Shown piece after piece: positions 1 to 9,047 of a stretch of 32,000 bases of DNA. The stretch is from an archaeon (lineage in GTDB: Archaea; Asgardarchaeota; Thorarchaeia; Thorarchaeales; Thorarchaeaceae), in the NCBI GenBank assembly GCA_024275415.1, contig JAJRZD010000089.1, forward strand, positions 7,137 to 39,136, in the 5' to 3' direction. The position numbers and the translations under genes were made by a program. Numbering within the stretch: position 1 is the first letter of the stretch; every line of letters begins with the position of its first letter. The notes below the pieces were generated by a model, which did not search any database, was not told where the DNA came from, and was given only the letters and a program-made list of their open reading frames with translations.

Positions 1-3
1 ACA

Positions 4-855
4 ATGTACGAGATTACAAAAAAGAAGGTGCTAGCCAATGTTGGCGGTGCACGTACAACACTAATGGTCGTGAAGGCCCCCGATGTGGCGCGAGTATGTC
101 TACCCGGACAATTCGTTATGATTCGCGTCAATGAAACCGGGGAACGAATTCCTCTTACTGTGGCTGATTTTGATAGGGATCGAGGAGAGGTGACAATCGT
201 CTTTCAGGAAGTAGGAAAGACGACCAAGCTTCTTGGAACGCTTGAAGAAGGCGAATTCATCCAAGACTTCGTTGGACCGCTCGGAAAGGCCACTCCAGCC
301 GATAAGAAGTATGGTACAGTCGTCGCTATCGGTGGTGGTTGCGGAAGTGCGATAGCATATCCTGTCGCCAGAGCTTTCAAGGATGCTGGCAACTATCTCA
401 TTACAATCAACGGCGCACGTAGCATGGACTTCCTTATCTATCGTGATGAGATGAAGTCCATCAGCGATGAGTGGTACGAGACCACTGACGATGGTTCCTG
501 TGGCGTCCATGGATTTGTTACTACTGTGCTGGCTGACCTTATTGAAAAGGGACGCGACATTGACTTGGTCTTTGCAGTGGGCCCGGTTCCAATGATGAAG
601 TTCGTAGCGAAGACGACCGAGTCTAAGGGGATTCACACGATTGTGAGCCTGAACAGTATCATGGTCGATGGTACAGGGATGTGTGGTGCTTGTCGTGTGT
701 CAGTAGGAGGTCAGATGAAATTCTCATGTGTTGACGGACCCGAGTTTGACGGTCATCAAGTCGATTTTGATGAACTCATGAGACGATTGGAAGCCTACAA
801 GGAAAAGGAAGCTATCTCCTTGGAAGAATGGGAGAAGCAGGCTGGAGGTAGATAA
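4..855 (+). CDS. nfnA: Electron-bifurcating NADH-dependent ferredoxin:NADP+ oxidoreductase, small subunit (NfnA/NfnS/SudB; PyrK-like FAD/2Fe-2S)
   Basis: Motifs PGQFV..R..GERIPLT, GPLG, GGGCG, TDDGS, GPVPMMK and the 2Fe-2S motif MVDGTGMCGAC..CVDGPEF; directly upstream of a GltD-like gene. Confidence 0.92.
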   Translation: MYEITKKKVLANVGGARTTLMVVKAPDVARVCLPGQFVMIRVNETGERIPLTVADFDRDRGEVTIVFQEVGKTTKLLGTLEEGEFIQDFVGPLGKATPADKKYGTVVAIGGGCGSAIAYPVARAFKDAGNYLITINGARSMDFLIYRDEMKSISDEWYETTDDGSCGVHGFVTTVLADLIEKGRDIDLVFAVGPVPMMKFVAKTTESKGIHTIVSLNSIMVDGTGMCGACRVSVGGQMKFSCVDGPEFDGHQVDFDELMRRLEAYKEKEAISLEEWEKQAGGR

Positions 856-857
856 GG

Positions 858-2276
858 ATGGCAGATGAGAAGCCGAAACGCAAACGAAAGCCTCCCACAA
901 AGAAGGTTCCTATGCCCGAGCAAGATCCTGATGTTAGAAGACGAAACTTTGAGGAAGTAGCATTGGGCTACACCGCCGAGCAGGCAATCGAGGAAGCAAT
1001 GAAATGCTTACAATGTCGGAACCCGAAATGCATCAGTGGGTGTCCTGTTGAAGTGCCAATCAAGCAATTCGTTGAGTTGGTACAAGAAGGCAAATTCGTC
1101 GAGGCTGCAATGAAGATCAAGGAAACAAACAGCCTTCCTGCTGTCTGTGGTCGAGTCTGTCCACAGGAAACCCAGTGTGAGGCATCATGCATCTATGGGA
1201 TCAGGAACGAGCCAATCGCTATTGGCAGACTTGAACGCTTTGTCGCAGATTTTGCCCGGCAGAAGGGTGAGGATCTCCCCGAGCTTCCGCCAAAGATTGG
1301 CAAGAAAGTGGCTGTGATAGGGTGTGGTCCCGCAGGCTTGACCTGCGCTGGAGACCTCATTCTGCTCGGCTATGATGTGACTATCTTCGAAGCCTTCCAC
1401 AAGGGCGGTGGTGTACTCCAGTATGGTATTCCCGAGTTCCGGTTGCCAAAGGATATTGTCGATGCTGAGATAGAGTATCTACAGAGGCTCGGTGTCGATA
1501 TCAAATACAACTTCGTTATCGGGAAGATTCGTACCATCAAAGAGCTGATGGAAGTTGATGGATACGAGGCTGTGTTCATTGGTTCAGGCGCTGGTGCTCC
1601 AAACTTCATGCACATTGAAGGGATGAATCTCGTGGATGTCTTCTCAGCCAACGAGTTCTTGACCCGTGTGAACCTCATGAAGGGCTATCGGTTCCCTGAA
1701 TATGACACGCCCGTTAACATCGGGAATAAAGTTGCAGTCATCGGTGGTGGCAATGTCGCCATGGACGCAGCTAGAACCTCATTGAGACTGGGTGCCGAGG
1801 AAGTCTACATAGTGTACCGCCGTGCTCGTGAACAAATGCCTGCACGAGCAGAGGAGATCCATCATGCTGAGGAGGAAGGTGTTCAGTTCAAGCTCCTCAT
1901 GAATCCTGTAGAGGTTCTCGGTGACGGTGCCAAGCATGTGATTGGCATGAAGTGTATCCGGATGGAACTCGGAGAACCCGACGCTTCCGGACGACGCAGA
2001 CCTGTGCCCATTCCCAATTCCGAGTTTGTGCTGGACGTTGACATGGTGATTGTAGCGATTGGAAACTCTCCAAACCCCATCATCCCCTCGACGACCCCGG
2101 GTCTGTCTGTAAGCAAATGGGGCACGATTGAGATTGACGAAGAAACAGGGATGACAACCGTTCCTGGTGTGTTCGCCGGTGGTGATATCGTCACTGGTGC
2201 AGCTACTGTGATTAGCGCGATGGGCGCTGGCAAGAGAGCTGCAAGAGGGATACATGAGTATCTGTCAAAGAATTAA
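858..2276 (+). CDS. nfnB: NfnB/NfnL/SudA large subunit (GltD-like, two 4Fe-4S + FAD + NADPH)
   Basis: CLQCRNPKC..GCP and CGRVCPQETQCEASC cluster motifs, two Rossmann motifs (GCGPAG, GGGNVAMDAAR) and GGDIVTGAATVISAMGAG; SD GGAGGT upstream; 2 bp after nfnA; no GltB large subunit nearby. Confidence 0.92.
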   Translation: MADEKPKRKRKPPTKKVPMPEQDPDVRRRNFEEVALGYTAEQAIEEAMKCLQCRNPKCISGCPVEVPIKQFVELVQEGKFVEAAMKIKETNSLPAVCGRVCPQETQCEASCIYGIRNEPIAIGRLERFVADFARQKGEDLPELPPKIGKKVAVIGCGPAGLTCAGDLILLGYDVTIFEAFHKGGGVLQYGIPEFRLPKDIVDAEIEYLQRLGVDIKYNFVIGKIRTIKELMEVDGYEAVFIGSGAGAPNFMHIEGMNLVDVFSANEFLTRVNLMKGYRFPEYDTPVNIGNKVAVIGGGNVAMDAARTSLRLGAEEVYIVYRRAREQMPARAEEIHHAEEEGVQFKLLMNPVEVLGDGAKHVIGMKCIRMELGEPDASGRRRPVPIPNSEFVLDVDMVIVAIGNSPNPIIPSTTPGLSVSKWGTIEIDEETGMTTVPGVFAGGDIVTGAATVISAMGAGKRAARGIHEYLSKN

Positions 2277-2288
2277 GTCAAGAGATGA

Positions 2289-2330
2289 GTTAGCAGGACA
2301 ATGTCGTCTTGCTAACCTCTTCCTCTTTTT
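2289..2330 (+). terminator. Stem-loop plus T-tract after nfnAB
   Basis: GTTAGCAGGA-caatgtcg-TCTTGCTAAC (10 bp stem, one G:U) followed by ctcttcctcTTTTT. Confidence 0.6.
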
Positions 2331-2390
2331 GAGTACGCTGTTTTTGAAAGGTTCATTAGACACAATGTCATATCTCCGTTCGGTGATCCT

Positions 2391-3899
2391 GTGCAAGAAG
2401 TTCCATTATCCACCCTTGAGATGCGAGTCCTTGAACTGAATGCAGAACACCTTGGGATTAGATTGGGAACCCTGATGGAGAATGCTGGTAGAGAGGTCGC
2501 AAGGACAATTGCATCCCATCTTGATATTTCAAAGAAAAAGATTGCAATCTTTTGCGGTATTGGAGGCAACGGCGGTGATGGGTTTGTTGCTGCTCGTCAT
2601 CTCAGCGAGGCTGGAGCTTCTGTGGAGGTTTTTCTAGTCGGAAACCCGCACAGGATATCGGCTGAGCATACCCGCACGAATTGGGACATCCTTCAGAACA
2701 TGATATCCATTCCCATTCACATCTTTAGTACAGAATCTGATGTGAAGCGCATCGACATCAAACAGTTCGATATCCTAGTCGATGGTCTGTTGGGATTCGG
2801 ACTGACCTCGAAGGTGCGTGAGCCCATTGCCACCGCAATAAAGGTGGTTAACAAGGCCCCTGGAATCAAGTACTCCATAGACATCCCCAGTGGACTTGAT
2901 AGTGACACCGGAAAGATTCTCGGCACCGCAGTAAGAGCGGATCACACGATAACGATGCATGCACCAAAGCCCGGACTGTTGAAGAACCCAGAGGTTGTAG
3001 GAACATTACATGTGGTAGCCATTGGGATTCCAGAGGACGCATACCATATCTGCGGGAAAGGAGACCTATGGCTCTTCAACCGACCTCGACCAAAGACGGC
3101 GCACAAAGGGGAGTTCGGACGTATCCTGATAGTCGGTGGTAGCGATACATACTCGGGCGCTCCGGCATTGGCTGGGATGGCCGCCCTGAGAACTGGGGCT
3201 GACCTTGTAACGGTGATCGCACCAGAATCAGTTGCGTCATCGATTCGAAGCTACAGCCCGAATCTGATGGTCAAGGTTGTAGACTCTCCTAATCTGGATA
3301 GAAGTTGTTTGGATATCGTGCTTGATGAAGCATTGCGAAATGATATCATCGCTCTGGGGCCAGGGATGGGTACAGCATCCGATACTCAAACGTTCTTCAA
3401 GGAGCTGGCTGAGAGTCTTGCATCTCTCGGTAAGCCTCTGGTGATTGATGCTGATGGCCTGAGGGCTCTTGCTGAAACAGGGCAGGTATTCGAGCCCAAC
3501 AAGGCAATCCTTACACCACATTGGGGTGAGATGAAGGCACTCTTGAAGAAGAAGATCAAGACTACCTTTTCGCTCGATGAGCGACTCGACTATGCAAAGG
3601 AAACAGCGTTGCGTTATGGTGCCGTGGTGCTTCTCAAGGGGCCAGTCGATGTGGTCGCAGCACCAGACGGGCGATACAAATTCAATCACACCGGAGACCC
3701 TGCCATGACAGTCGGTGGGACTGGTGATGTACTGACCGGTATCACTGCGGCATTGTTTGCTCACAAGCATGATGCATTCTATACCGCTTCCGCTGCTGCT
3801 TTTATCTCAGGATTGGCTGGCGAAAGAGCAGCAGATGAGCTTGGGGGTAGGATAGTCGCAACCGACTGCATCGAGAAGATTCCAAAAGTCATGGCATAA
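2391..3899 (+). CDS. nnr: Bifunctional NAD(P)H-hydrate epimerase/dehydratase (NnrE-NnrD fusion)
   Basis: NnrE motifs GNGGDGFVAARHL, VDGLLG, DIPSG; NnrD motifs HKG..GRILIVGGS..YSGAP, VIDADGL, LTPH.GE, LKG, GGTGDVL. GTG start is uncertain. Confidence 0.95.
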   Translation: MQEVPLSTLEMRVLELNAEHLGIRLGTLMENAGREVARTIASHLDISKKKIAIFCGIGGNGGDGFVAARHLSEAGASVEVFLVGNPHRISAEHTRTNWDILQNMISIPIHIFSTESDVKRIDIKQFDILVDGLLGFGLTSKVREPIATAIKVVNKAPGIKYSIDIPSGLDSDTGKILGTAVRADHTITMHAPKPGLLKNPEVVGTLHVVAIGIPEDAYHICGKGDLWLFNRPRPKTAHKGEFGRILIVGGSDTYSGAPALAGMAALRTGADLVTVIAPESVASSIRSYSPNLMVKVVDSPNLDRSCLDIVLDEALRNDIIALGPGMGTASDTQTFFKELAESLASLGKPLVIDADGLRALAETGQVFEPNKAILTPHWGEMKALLKKKIKTTFSLDERLDYAKETALRYGAVVLLKGPVDVVAAPDGRYKFNHTGDPAMTVGGTGDVLTGITAALFAHKHDAFYTASAAAFISGLAGERAADELGGRIVATDCIEKIPKVMA

Positions 3900-3905
3900 T
3901 ATCTG

Positions 3906-4895
3906 CTACTCTATGATGGGCATCATCTGAAGGAACTCGTTCGCAATCCTCTGGTTATCCTCTGTCACGGGAACCCAGACAATCCCCTCATCCGGTTGTC
4001 CATAAAGCATCACTGACCCCTCTTTTGCCAACAGCACAGCTGGAAAGCCCATCAAGTCCTCTTCTCCCTCGACGGTAATGATCGACCTGTAACCGTCTTC
4101 GAGGGCTGTTGCCATTGTGGACCATGCTTCAGGATATAGCATTGCCGGAGGGTTGTAGATGACATATTCCTTCTCCCCAACGAGCTGCGCGTCATAGGAG
4201 CCTCGTTTCGTTATACCGTCCACGACACAGACATCAGGAGTGAATCCTTCACGGATCAAGGTGACACTGGTGACATCACCAACTGCAATTACACACGGAG
4301 GTTCCTCTTTTTCGAGTTTCTTTACCACAGCGACCTCTGGTCTTCCATCTCGCACTGAGAAGAGCTCCCCTTTTGGTGACTTCAATCCATCACGATTGGA
4401 TTCGGGCAATTTCCTCGCAGGTTCGGTCGTTCCTCTTAATGGGTTGCCCTCCCTATCAATCTCTCCTTTTCTGATTCGTGCTGAGGATATCTTACCACCA
4501 TCCAGCGCACGAACAGGTGTCAGTTTAACCAATTCATCTTTGATTCCCATCTGCTTAAAACGTATCGCCAGAGCCCTAATTTCAATCTCCTTACAGCAAG
4601 GGCCATCGAATAGGACGAACGTGCATTTGTCTTCTATGTTCAGCAAATCCTTGTATGAAGAGAATTCTGCTACTGAGATATGCTCTAAATGATTCGCTGT
4701 CGCGAGGTAGTCCCTAAGATTTCTTTCTCTGAAATCAACTGGTTGTATGATCTCTCTCAGTTCAAGGTTTTTCGATATCAAATCTCCATCTGTAATACCT
4801 ACAACAGGGTTTGGCATGTTTCGTAGTTTCTCGATCAGGAAGCGATGACCGTGATGCAGTCTATCAAATATATTCAAACCGATGGTAAGCGCCAT
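3906..4895 (-). CDS. Fusion of phosphopantetheine adenylyltransferase (archaeal CoaD) and GTP-dependent dephospho-CoA kinase (DUF359)
   Basis: N-half has the HxGH motif FDRLHHGH and the archaeal PPAT end ISSARIRKGEIDREG. C-half has DUF359 motifs LK.P.G, VGDVTS, VDG.TKR, NPP, GEEDL and YGQPDEGIV. Confidence 0.85.
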   Translation of the reverse strand: MALTIGLNIFDRLHHGHRFLIEKLRNMPNPVVGITDGDLISKNLELREIIQPVDFRERNLRDYLATANHLEHISVAEFSSYKDLLNIEDKCTFVLFDGPCCKEIEIRALAIRFKQMGIKDELVKLTPVRALDGGKISSARIRKGEIDREGNPLRGTTEPARKLPESNRDGLKSPKGELFSVRDGRPEVAVVKKLEKEEPPCVIAVGDVTSVTLIREGFTPDVCVVDGITKRGSYDAQLVGEKEYVIYNPPAMLYPEAWSTMATALEDGYRSIITVEGEEDLMGFPAVLLAKEGSVMLYGQPDEGIVWVPVTEDNQRIANEFLQMMPIIE

Positions 4896-4972
4896 TGTCC
4901 TCTTTCCTTTTTGTGTATTAGTCCTACAATGTGAAAGTCAGTTTTAAATTAACATTCAGTTGATTTGGCAAT

Positions 4973-5170
4973 ATGGGGTTTAGACTCCTCCTGGCTATTG
5001 GATTTTCGTTGTTCACTATGAATTCTTTGGTTCTTGGGGGTCTGTCCTACAGCTTTCAGAAACTGGTGATGGAAGATCAGTTCCAGATGTCAATAGCATT
5101 ACAATATCCTATTAGGATTTCAAGAATCAGGGGGATCTCTGAAGAATCCTCCTGCCCAGCAACTTTATGA
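4973..5170 (+). CDS. Small hypothetical ORF with hydrophobic N-terminus (possibly spurious or a remnant)
   Basis: 65-aa ATG ORF ending 32 bp before the ABC ATPase; no recognised motif. Confidence 0.2.
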   Translation: MGFRLLLAIGFSLFTMNSLVLGGLSYSFQKLVMEDQFQMSIALQYPIRISRIRGISEESSCPATL

Positions 5171-5202
5171 ATCTAGTAGTATCCTTTGGATTGTGGTAAG
5201 AT

Positions 5203-6129
5203 ATGGGATTGCCGATAATTCAGATACAAAACCTCTCTAAATCCTTTGGGAGTATTGATGCCCTAAAAGGAATATCAATGAATGTTGACAAAGGTATTTT
5301 TGGATTAATTGGACCAAATGGGGCAGGAAAGACCACTTTGTTCAGAATATTGCTCAACCTGATCACCCCAAATACCGGGAGCGCACGTATATTCGGGCTG
5401 GACATCGTGAAAGATTCTCTTCAGATTAGAAAACGGGTTGGTGTTTTGCACGAACGTCCAATCTATCTTCCATCCTTGACTCCTTTAGAATATCTATCGC
5501 AGGTAAGTAAGATTTACGATAAGCAAAGAGATCCCCATGAATTACTAGAAATGGTTGGTCTTGAGAATGCAAAAAAAAGACCGATTGGACACCTTTCAGC
5601 TGGAATGCGTCAGAGGCTAGGAATTGCACAGAGCTTGATGGGATGCCCTGAATTGATACTACTGGATGAACCAACATCGAATCTGGACGTTAGTGGAAAG
5701 TCACAAGTACTTGATTTGATAATCCGGATTCATGAGGAACTTGGGACAAGTTTTCTCATCTCATCTCATGTTCTTTCTGAACTTCAGAAGATATGTACAG
5801 GACTCGCATTCCTTGGAAACGGCAAATTACTTGAACAAGGGAATATTGCAGAGATTATGGAGCGTTACTCAAAGGATCGAATTAGGATCATCACATCAGA
5901 TGCGTCAAAGCTGGCGGATATTCTTAGGGATGTATCATGGGCTGAGAATGTCCGTGTTACAGGAATAAGCACAGTTATTGTTACATCATCTTTGGATCTG
6001 GAATCTGTGCGATCTAGTGTCATAGACATTTCAAATCATCAGTCTATCGACGTTTTCAATGTCGGTATGGCAACGGATCTTGTGGATATCTATACGGAGG
6101 TTTTCGGAGATGAAGGAACGTCTCTTTAG
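5203..6129 (+). CDS. ABC transporter ATP-binding protein (CcmA/DrrA-like exporter)
   Basis: Walker A GPNGAGKTT, signature LSAGMRQRL, Walker B LILLDEP, H-loop SSH. Confidence 0.95.
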   Translation: MGLPIIQIQNLSKSFGSIDALKGISMNVDKGIFGLIGPNGAGKTTLFRILLNLITPNTGSARIFGLDIVKDSLQIRKRVGVLHERPIYLPSLTPLEYLSQVSKIYDKQRDPHELLEMVGLENAKKRPIGHLSAGMRQRLGIAQSLMGCPELILLDEPTSNLDVSGKSQVLDLIIRIHEELGTSFLISSHVLSELQKICTGLAFLGNGKLLEQGNIAEIMERYSKDRIRIITSDASKLADILRDVSWAENVRVTGISTVIVTSSLDLESVRSSVIDISNHQSIDVFNVGMATDLVDIYTEVFGDEGTSL

Positions 6130-6937
6130 GACGAGTCGGTATTTGAAAAAACTGCTGTTCCTGGAAATAACCACCTCATACTCCTTCCCAATGATCATTG
6201 GTTTTTTTGGAATCATTTGTATTCTGACTGGATTAAGTGCTATGAACATAGGTTTTGTTCCTTTGCTCTTTGGATGGGATTCTGAGGAGCCCTTCAATGG
6301 GGTTGAAGATGTGCAAAGATATCTTGGAGACTTCTCATTTAGGCGGGGGCTTATTCTCAGCGAGTCGTTCACTTATAGTCTTCTGGCGCTGTCGTTTTTG
6401 ATACCTTTGATCATTGCATTCAATCTTTCTAGGATGCTTGAGGATGGAACTATGCGAACAATTCTCTCATATCCAGTCGAAAGGACTCGCTATCTTACAA
6501 TAAAAATCAGTCTTGTTACCACTCTCTTATACATCCTAGTGCTATCCTCCACCATCTTTTGGATGTATTTCTGGTATCCACTTGGAATTGGCGTTGACAA
6601 TATGACACTACTCTTAGCCTCATCATTTGTCACTTTATTGATGATCGTTTCTAGTACTACATTCTTGGCTGTTCTCACGAAGAATATGTTCAGGACAGCA
6701 ATCATCGGAGCATCCTTTTGGGGTTCCATTTCATATCTTATTGAAACAACGACGGATGCTGTCCCATTTGTAATTGTTCAACTCGTTAGTCCATTTAGAG
6801 TTCTGAAAATTTACCTTGCTGGATACATCATGGATATCAACTTGATCGATGTATATCTATCATTGGCTGGTTCGGTATTCATTAGTCTGGTCTTTATGCT
6901 TCTTGCAGTAATCATATTCAGGAGAACCGAGGTCTGA
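6110..6937 (+). CDS. ABC-2-type transporter permease
   Basis: About 6 hydrophobic segments and an EDGTMRTILSYPVER motif typical of ABC-2 permeases; start placed at ATG 6110 (MKERLF), overlapping the ATPase end. Confidence 0.85.
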   Translation: MKERLFRTSRYLKKLLFLEITTSYSFPMIIGFFGIICILTGLSAMNIGFVPLLFGWDSEEPFNGVEDVQRYLGDFSFRRGLILSESFTYSLLALSFLIPLIIAFNLSRMLEDGTMRTILSYPVERTRYLTIKISLVTTLLYILVLSSTIFWMYFWYPLGIGVDNMTLLLASSFVTLLMIVSSTTFLAVLTKNMFRTAIIGASFWGSISYLIETTTDAVPFVIVQLVSPFRVLKIYLAGYIMDINLIDVYLSLAGSVFISLVFMLLAVIIFRRTEV

Positions 6938-6939
6938 AC

Positions 6940-7440
6940 TTGAAGATTGGAAACATACTTTTGGTTGTTATGACGCTAGGTCTTGTATTAATTGTCTTAG
7001 GGATGAATCCGTATTCAAGCGGAATCTATTTAGATGAACGACTTGGATCTGGTGAAACGACGGGCATGATGTATGCGTTTTCGGGGGACGCTTACTACAC
7101 TCTTGAAGTAAATGACCCCAATAAGTCAATATCCTTCTATGTTTTAGACATAAGGGATACGCTTTCATTTATTGAACATCACAACATTAGCAGTACTAAT
7201 CCAGTTTTTTCTCTGAGGAACGTCAGTAAGGACGAAGGACTAATCCATCTAGATATTCCAGGAGTCTATTCCTTTGTAGTAATGAACCCCACAAACACTT
7301 CTGTGGGTTACTACTTGCTTATCGACAGGTTATATCCTCAAGCAGGTCTATTTACATTTGGAGTTGTACTATTTGCTTTCGGAGGTGGAGGAATGTGTCT
7401 TCTCAAAGTGGCACCGCGTACTAGGAACTGGTCTTCATGA
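6940..7440 (+). CDS. Hypothetical membrane protein (N- and C-terminal TM helices around a beta-rich ectodomain)
   Basis: TTG start 2 bp after the permease; hydrophobic ends; central segment ..IPGVYSFVVMNPTNTSV.. Confidence 0.7.
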   Translation: MKIGNILLVVMTLGLVLIVLGMNPYSSGIYLDERLGSGETTGMMYAFSGDAYYTLEVNDPNKSISFYVLDIRDTLSFIEHHNISSTNPVFSLRNVSKDEGLIHLDIPGVYSFVVMNPTNTSVGYYLLIDRLYPQAGLFTFGVVLFAFGGGGMCLLKVAPRTRNWSS

Positions 7441-7792
7441 AAGACCATCTGAATTGACTCGAATATATCGTTTCTCAGGTTGCTAGTTGCTATACAGAGA
7501 CTACACATATAATTCTCATTAGGCCAAGACTTCAATATTGCTGAATCAAATCATCTGATCGCACTTGTGTGCTGATTGATATTGAACTTGTGGGCATGGA
7601 TTAACGCCTGGGTTATACTCAATTGTGGCTGAAAATCCGACCAACAAGACACTCATTTTCGAATTGGTTTTATACAGAGAGCGTCCTCTTATGGGCATCT
7701 TTCTTCCTGGTTTCGTGCTATCGGCAATCAGAGCTGCTGGAATAGCGGGATTATCACTGTCTTTGGTCATGAGGAGGAGCATAGCTAGATGA
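7437..7792 (+). pseudogene. Degraded tandem paralog of the 6940..7440 membrane protein
   Basis: Open frame 7586-7792 reads ..GLTPGLYSIVAENPTNKTLIFELVLYRERPLMGIFLPGFVLSAIRAAGIAGLSLSLVMRRSIAR*, aligning to IPGVYSFVVMNPTNTSVGYYLLIDRLYPQAGLFTFGVVL. An ATGA-coupled start at 7437 stops after 6 codons, and all three frames have stops in 7440-7585. Confidence 0.65.
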
Positions 7793-7929
7793 CAATGCTA
7801 ATTCCATGCTGAACTTGGGAGGGAAATCATCTCCTTCCAATTTCGTTCTATCCTTTTCATCAACTGCCAATGCAAAAGGTTCAATATCCTTGATTCACTT
7901 CACATACTCTGACCAGTTGGTACTGCGAT

Positions 7930-8640
7930 ATGAAGCTCTACGCGATTGCTGATGTGCATTATCCGAGATTTTCGGAAGAGTTTGCAGAGGCCCTGGCCAA
8001 TCTTCCCCCACCTGATTTGTTCCTATTGGCGGGTGACATGGTGAATAGAGGCAGTGCAGAGGAGTTCCCAAATGTCTTGGATATCATCACTGATACCTTA
8101 GGCTGCGATTTCCCGGTTGTTTCTTGTTTTGGGAATGAGGAGTACACAGAAGTCCGCAAGCATATTCAGAAACTGGTAAGAGGACGAGCTATCATCCTTG
8201 ATGAGCAATCCACGATAATGGAAATTGATAACACCAAGGTTGGAATTGTGGGGACACAAGGATCGCTCGATAAACCCACCACATGGCAGAGAAAGAACAT
8301 GCCCGGAATCAAGGACGAGTTTGGGCGTAGAGCTGATAGGGCTGAGATGCTCTTGAAGCGAATTCTGACCAAGACAGATATTCGCATTCTCCTTATGCAC
8401 TATAGTCCATGCATAGAAACTTGTGAGGGAGAGAATCGTCGCGCATTTGCATGGCTTGGCAGTAGGAAGTTCTACACAGTGATCGCAAATACGCAGCCTG
8501 ATCTGGCAATTCACGGTCATGTACACAACTCGGTGATACATGAGACAAAAATAGGAGCGACGCTCGTCAAGAACGTCGCTCTTCCTGCTGTAGGCAAGGT
8601 CACGGAAGTCGAGCTAGACTTTGCTAGTCGTGCCCGGTGA
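7930..8640 (+). CDS. Calcineurin-like metallophosphoesterase
   Basis: Motifs DVH, GDMVNRG, GNEE, HYSP, HGHVH. Confidence 0.9.
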   Translation: MKLYAIADVHYPRFSEEFAEALANLPPPDLFLLAGDMVNRGSAEEFPNVLDIITDTLGCDFPVVSCFGNEEYTEVRKHIQKLVRGRAIILDEQSTIMEIDNTKVGIVGTQGSLDKPTTWQRKNMPGIKDEFGRRADRAEMLLKRILTKTDIRILLMHYSPCIETCEGENRRAFAWLGSRKFYTVIANTQPDLAIHGHVHNSVIHETKIGATLVKNVALPAVGKVTEVELDFASRAR

Positions 8641-9046
8641 CTTCCATCGTTGGTTCGAACTTGTACCCATAAACGATGATTCCTTCATGACCCTGTTCGG
8701 ATATCTTCCTGAAGCACGCCCTCACCCGCATACCTATCTCGACTTTATCCACATCTACGTTGACGATTTGCGCGGTGAGCCGTGGCCCTTCGTCAAGTTC
8801 CACCTGAGCTATGACATAAGGCATCTGTCGTTTGAAATGGTCAGGGGCTTGTCGAACGATGGCGAACGAATAGATCTTGCCGAGACCCTTGAACTTGTGT
8901 ATCTCAAGCTGACCCTTTCGTCTACATGTAGGACACACGAGCCTTGGAGGGAAGTAATAGTTCCCACAGGTCTTGCACTGGTTGCCTTGAATGTTGTAGA
9001 TGGCCCTGATCTTTCTCCAGACGCCTGCTACTCCTTTCTCTGCCAT
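8624..9046 (-). CDS. DUF35 Zn-ribbon/OB-fold protein (thiolase-HMGS scaffold)
   Basis: CKTCG..YFPPR..CPTC Zn ribbon plus OB fold (G.IYSF..V, LDEGPRLTAQ); start at ATG 9046 after SD GGAGG, 1 bp after the thiolase stop. Confidence 0.92.
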   Translation of the reverse strand: MAEKGVAGVWRKIRAIYNIQGNQCKTCGNYYFPPRLVCPTCRRKGQLEIHKFKGLGKIYSFAIVRQAPDHFKRQMPYVIAQVELDEGPRLTAQIVNVDVDKVEIGMRVRACFRKISEQGHEGIIVYGYKFEPTMEVTGHD

Positions 9047-9047
9047 T

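Noticed and set aside
2280-2321. Possible eukaryote/Asgard-type SECIS (AUGA, 10-bp stem, AA in loop)
   Set aside because: The 3' arm lacks the GA needed for the kink-turn core and neither nfn gene has an in-frame UGA; a terminator explains it better.
7546-7782. 78-aa minus-strand ORF in the track
   Set aside because: It is the antisense shadow of the plus-strand decayed paralog.
4956-7867. CAGTTGAT/ATCAACTG as terminal inverted repeats of the AT-rich insert
   Set aside because: Only 8 bp, with no target-site duplication or transposase; expected by chance.
7757-7894. 46-codon open stretch on the minus strand (IKDIEPFALAVDEKDRTKLEGDDFPPKF..)
   Set aside because: It looks protein-like but has no recognisable motif or good start, and it partly overlaps the pseudogene antisense.
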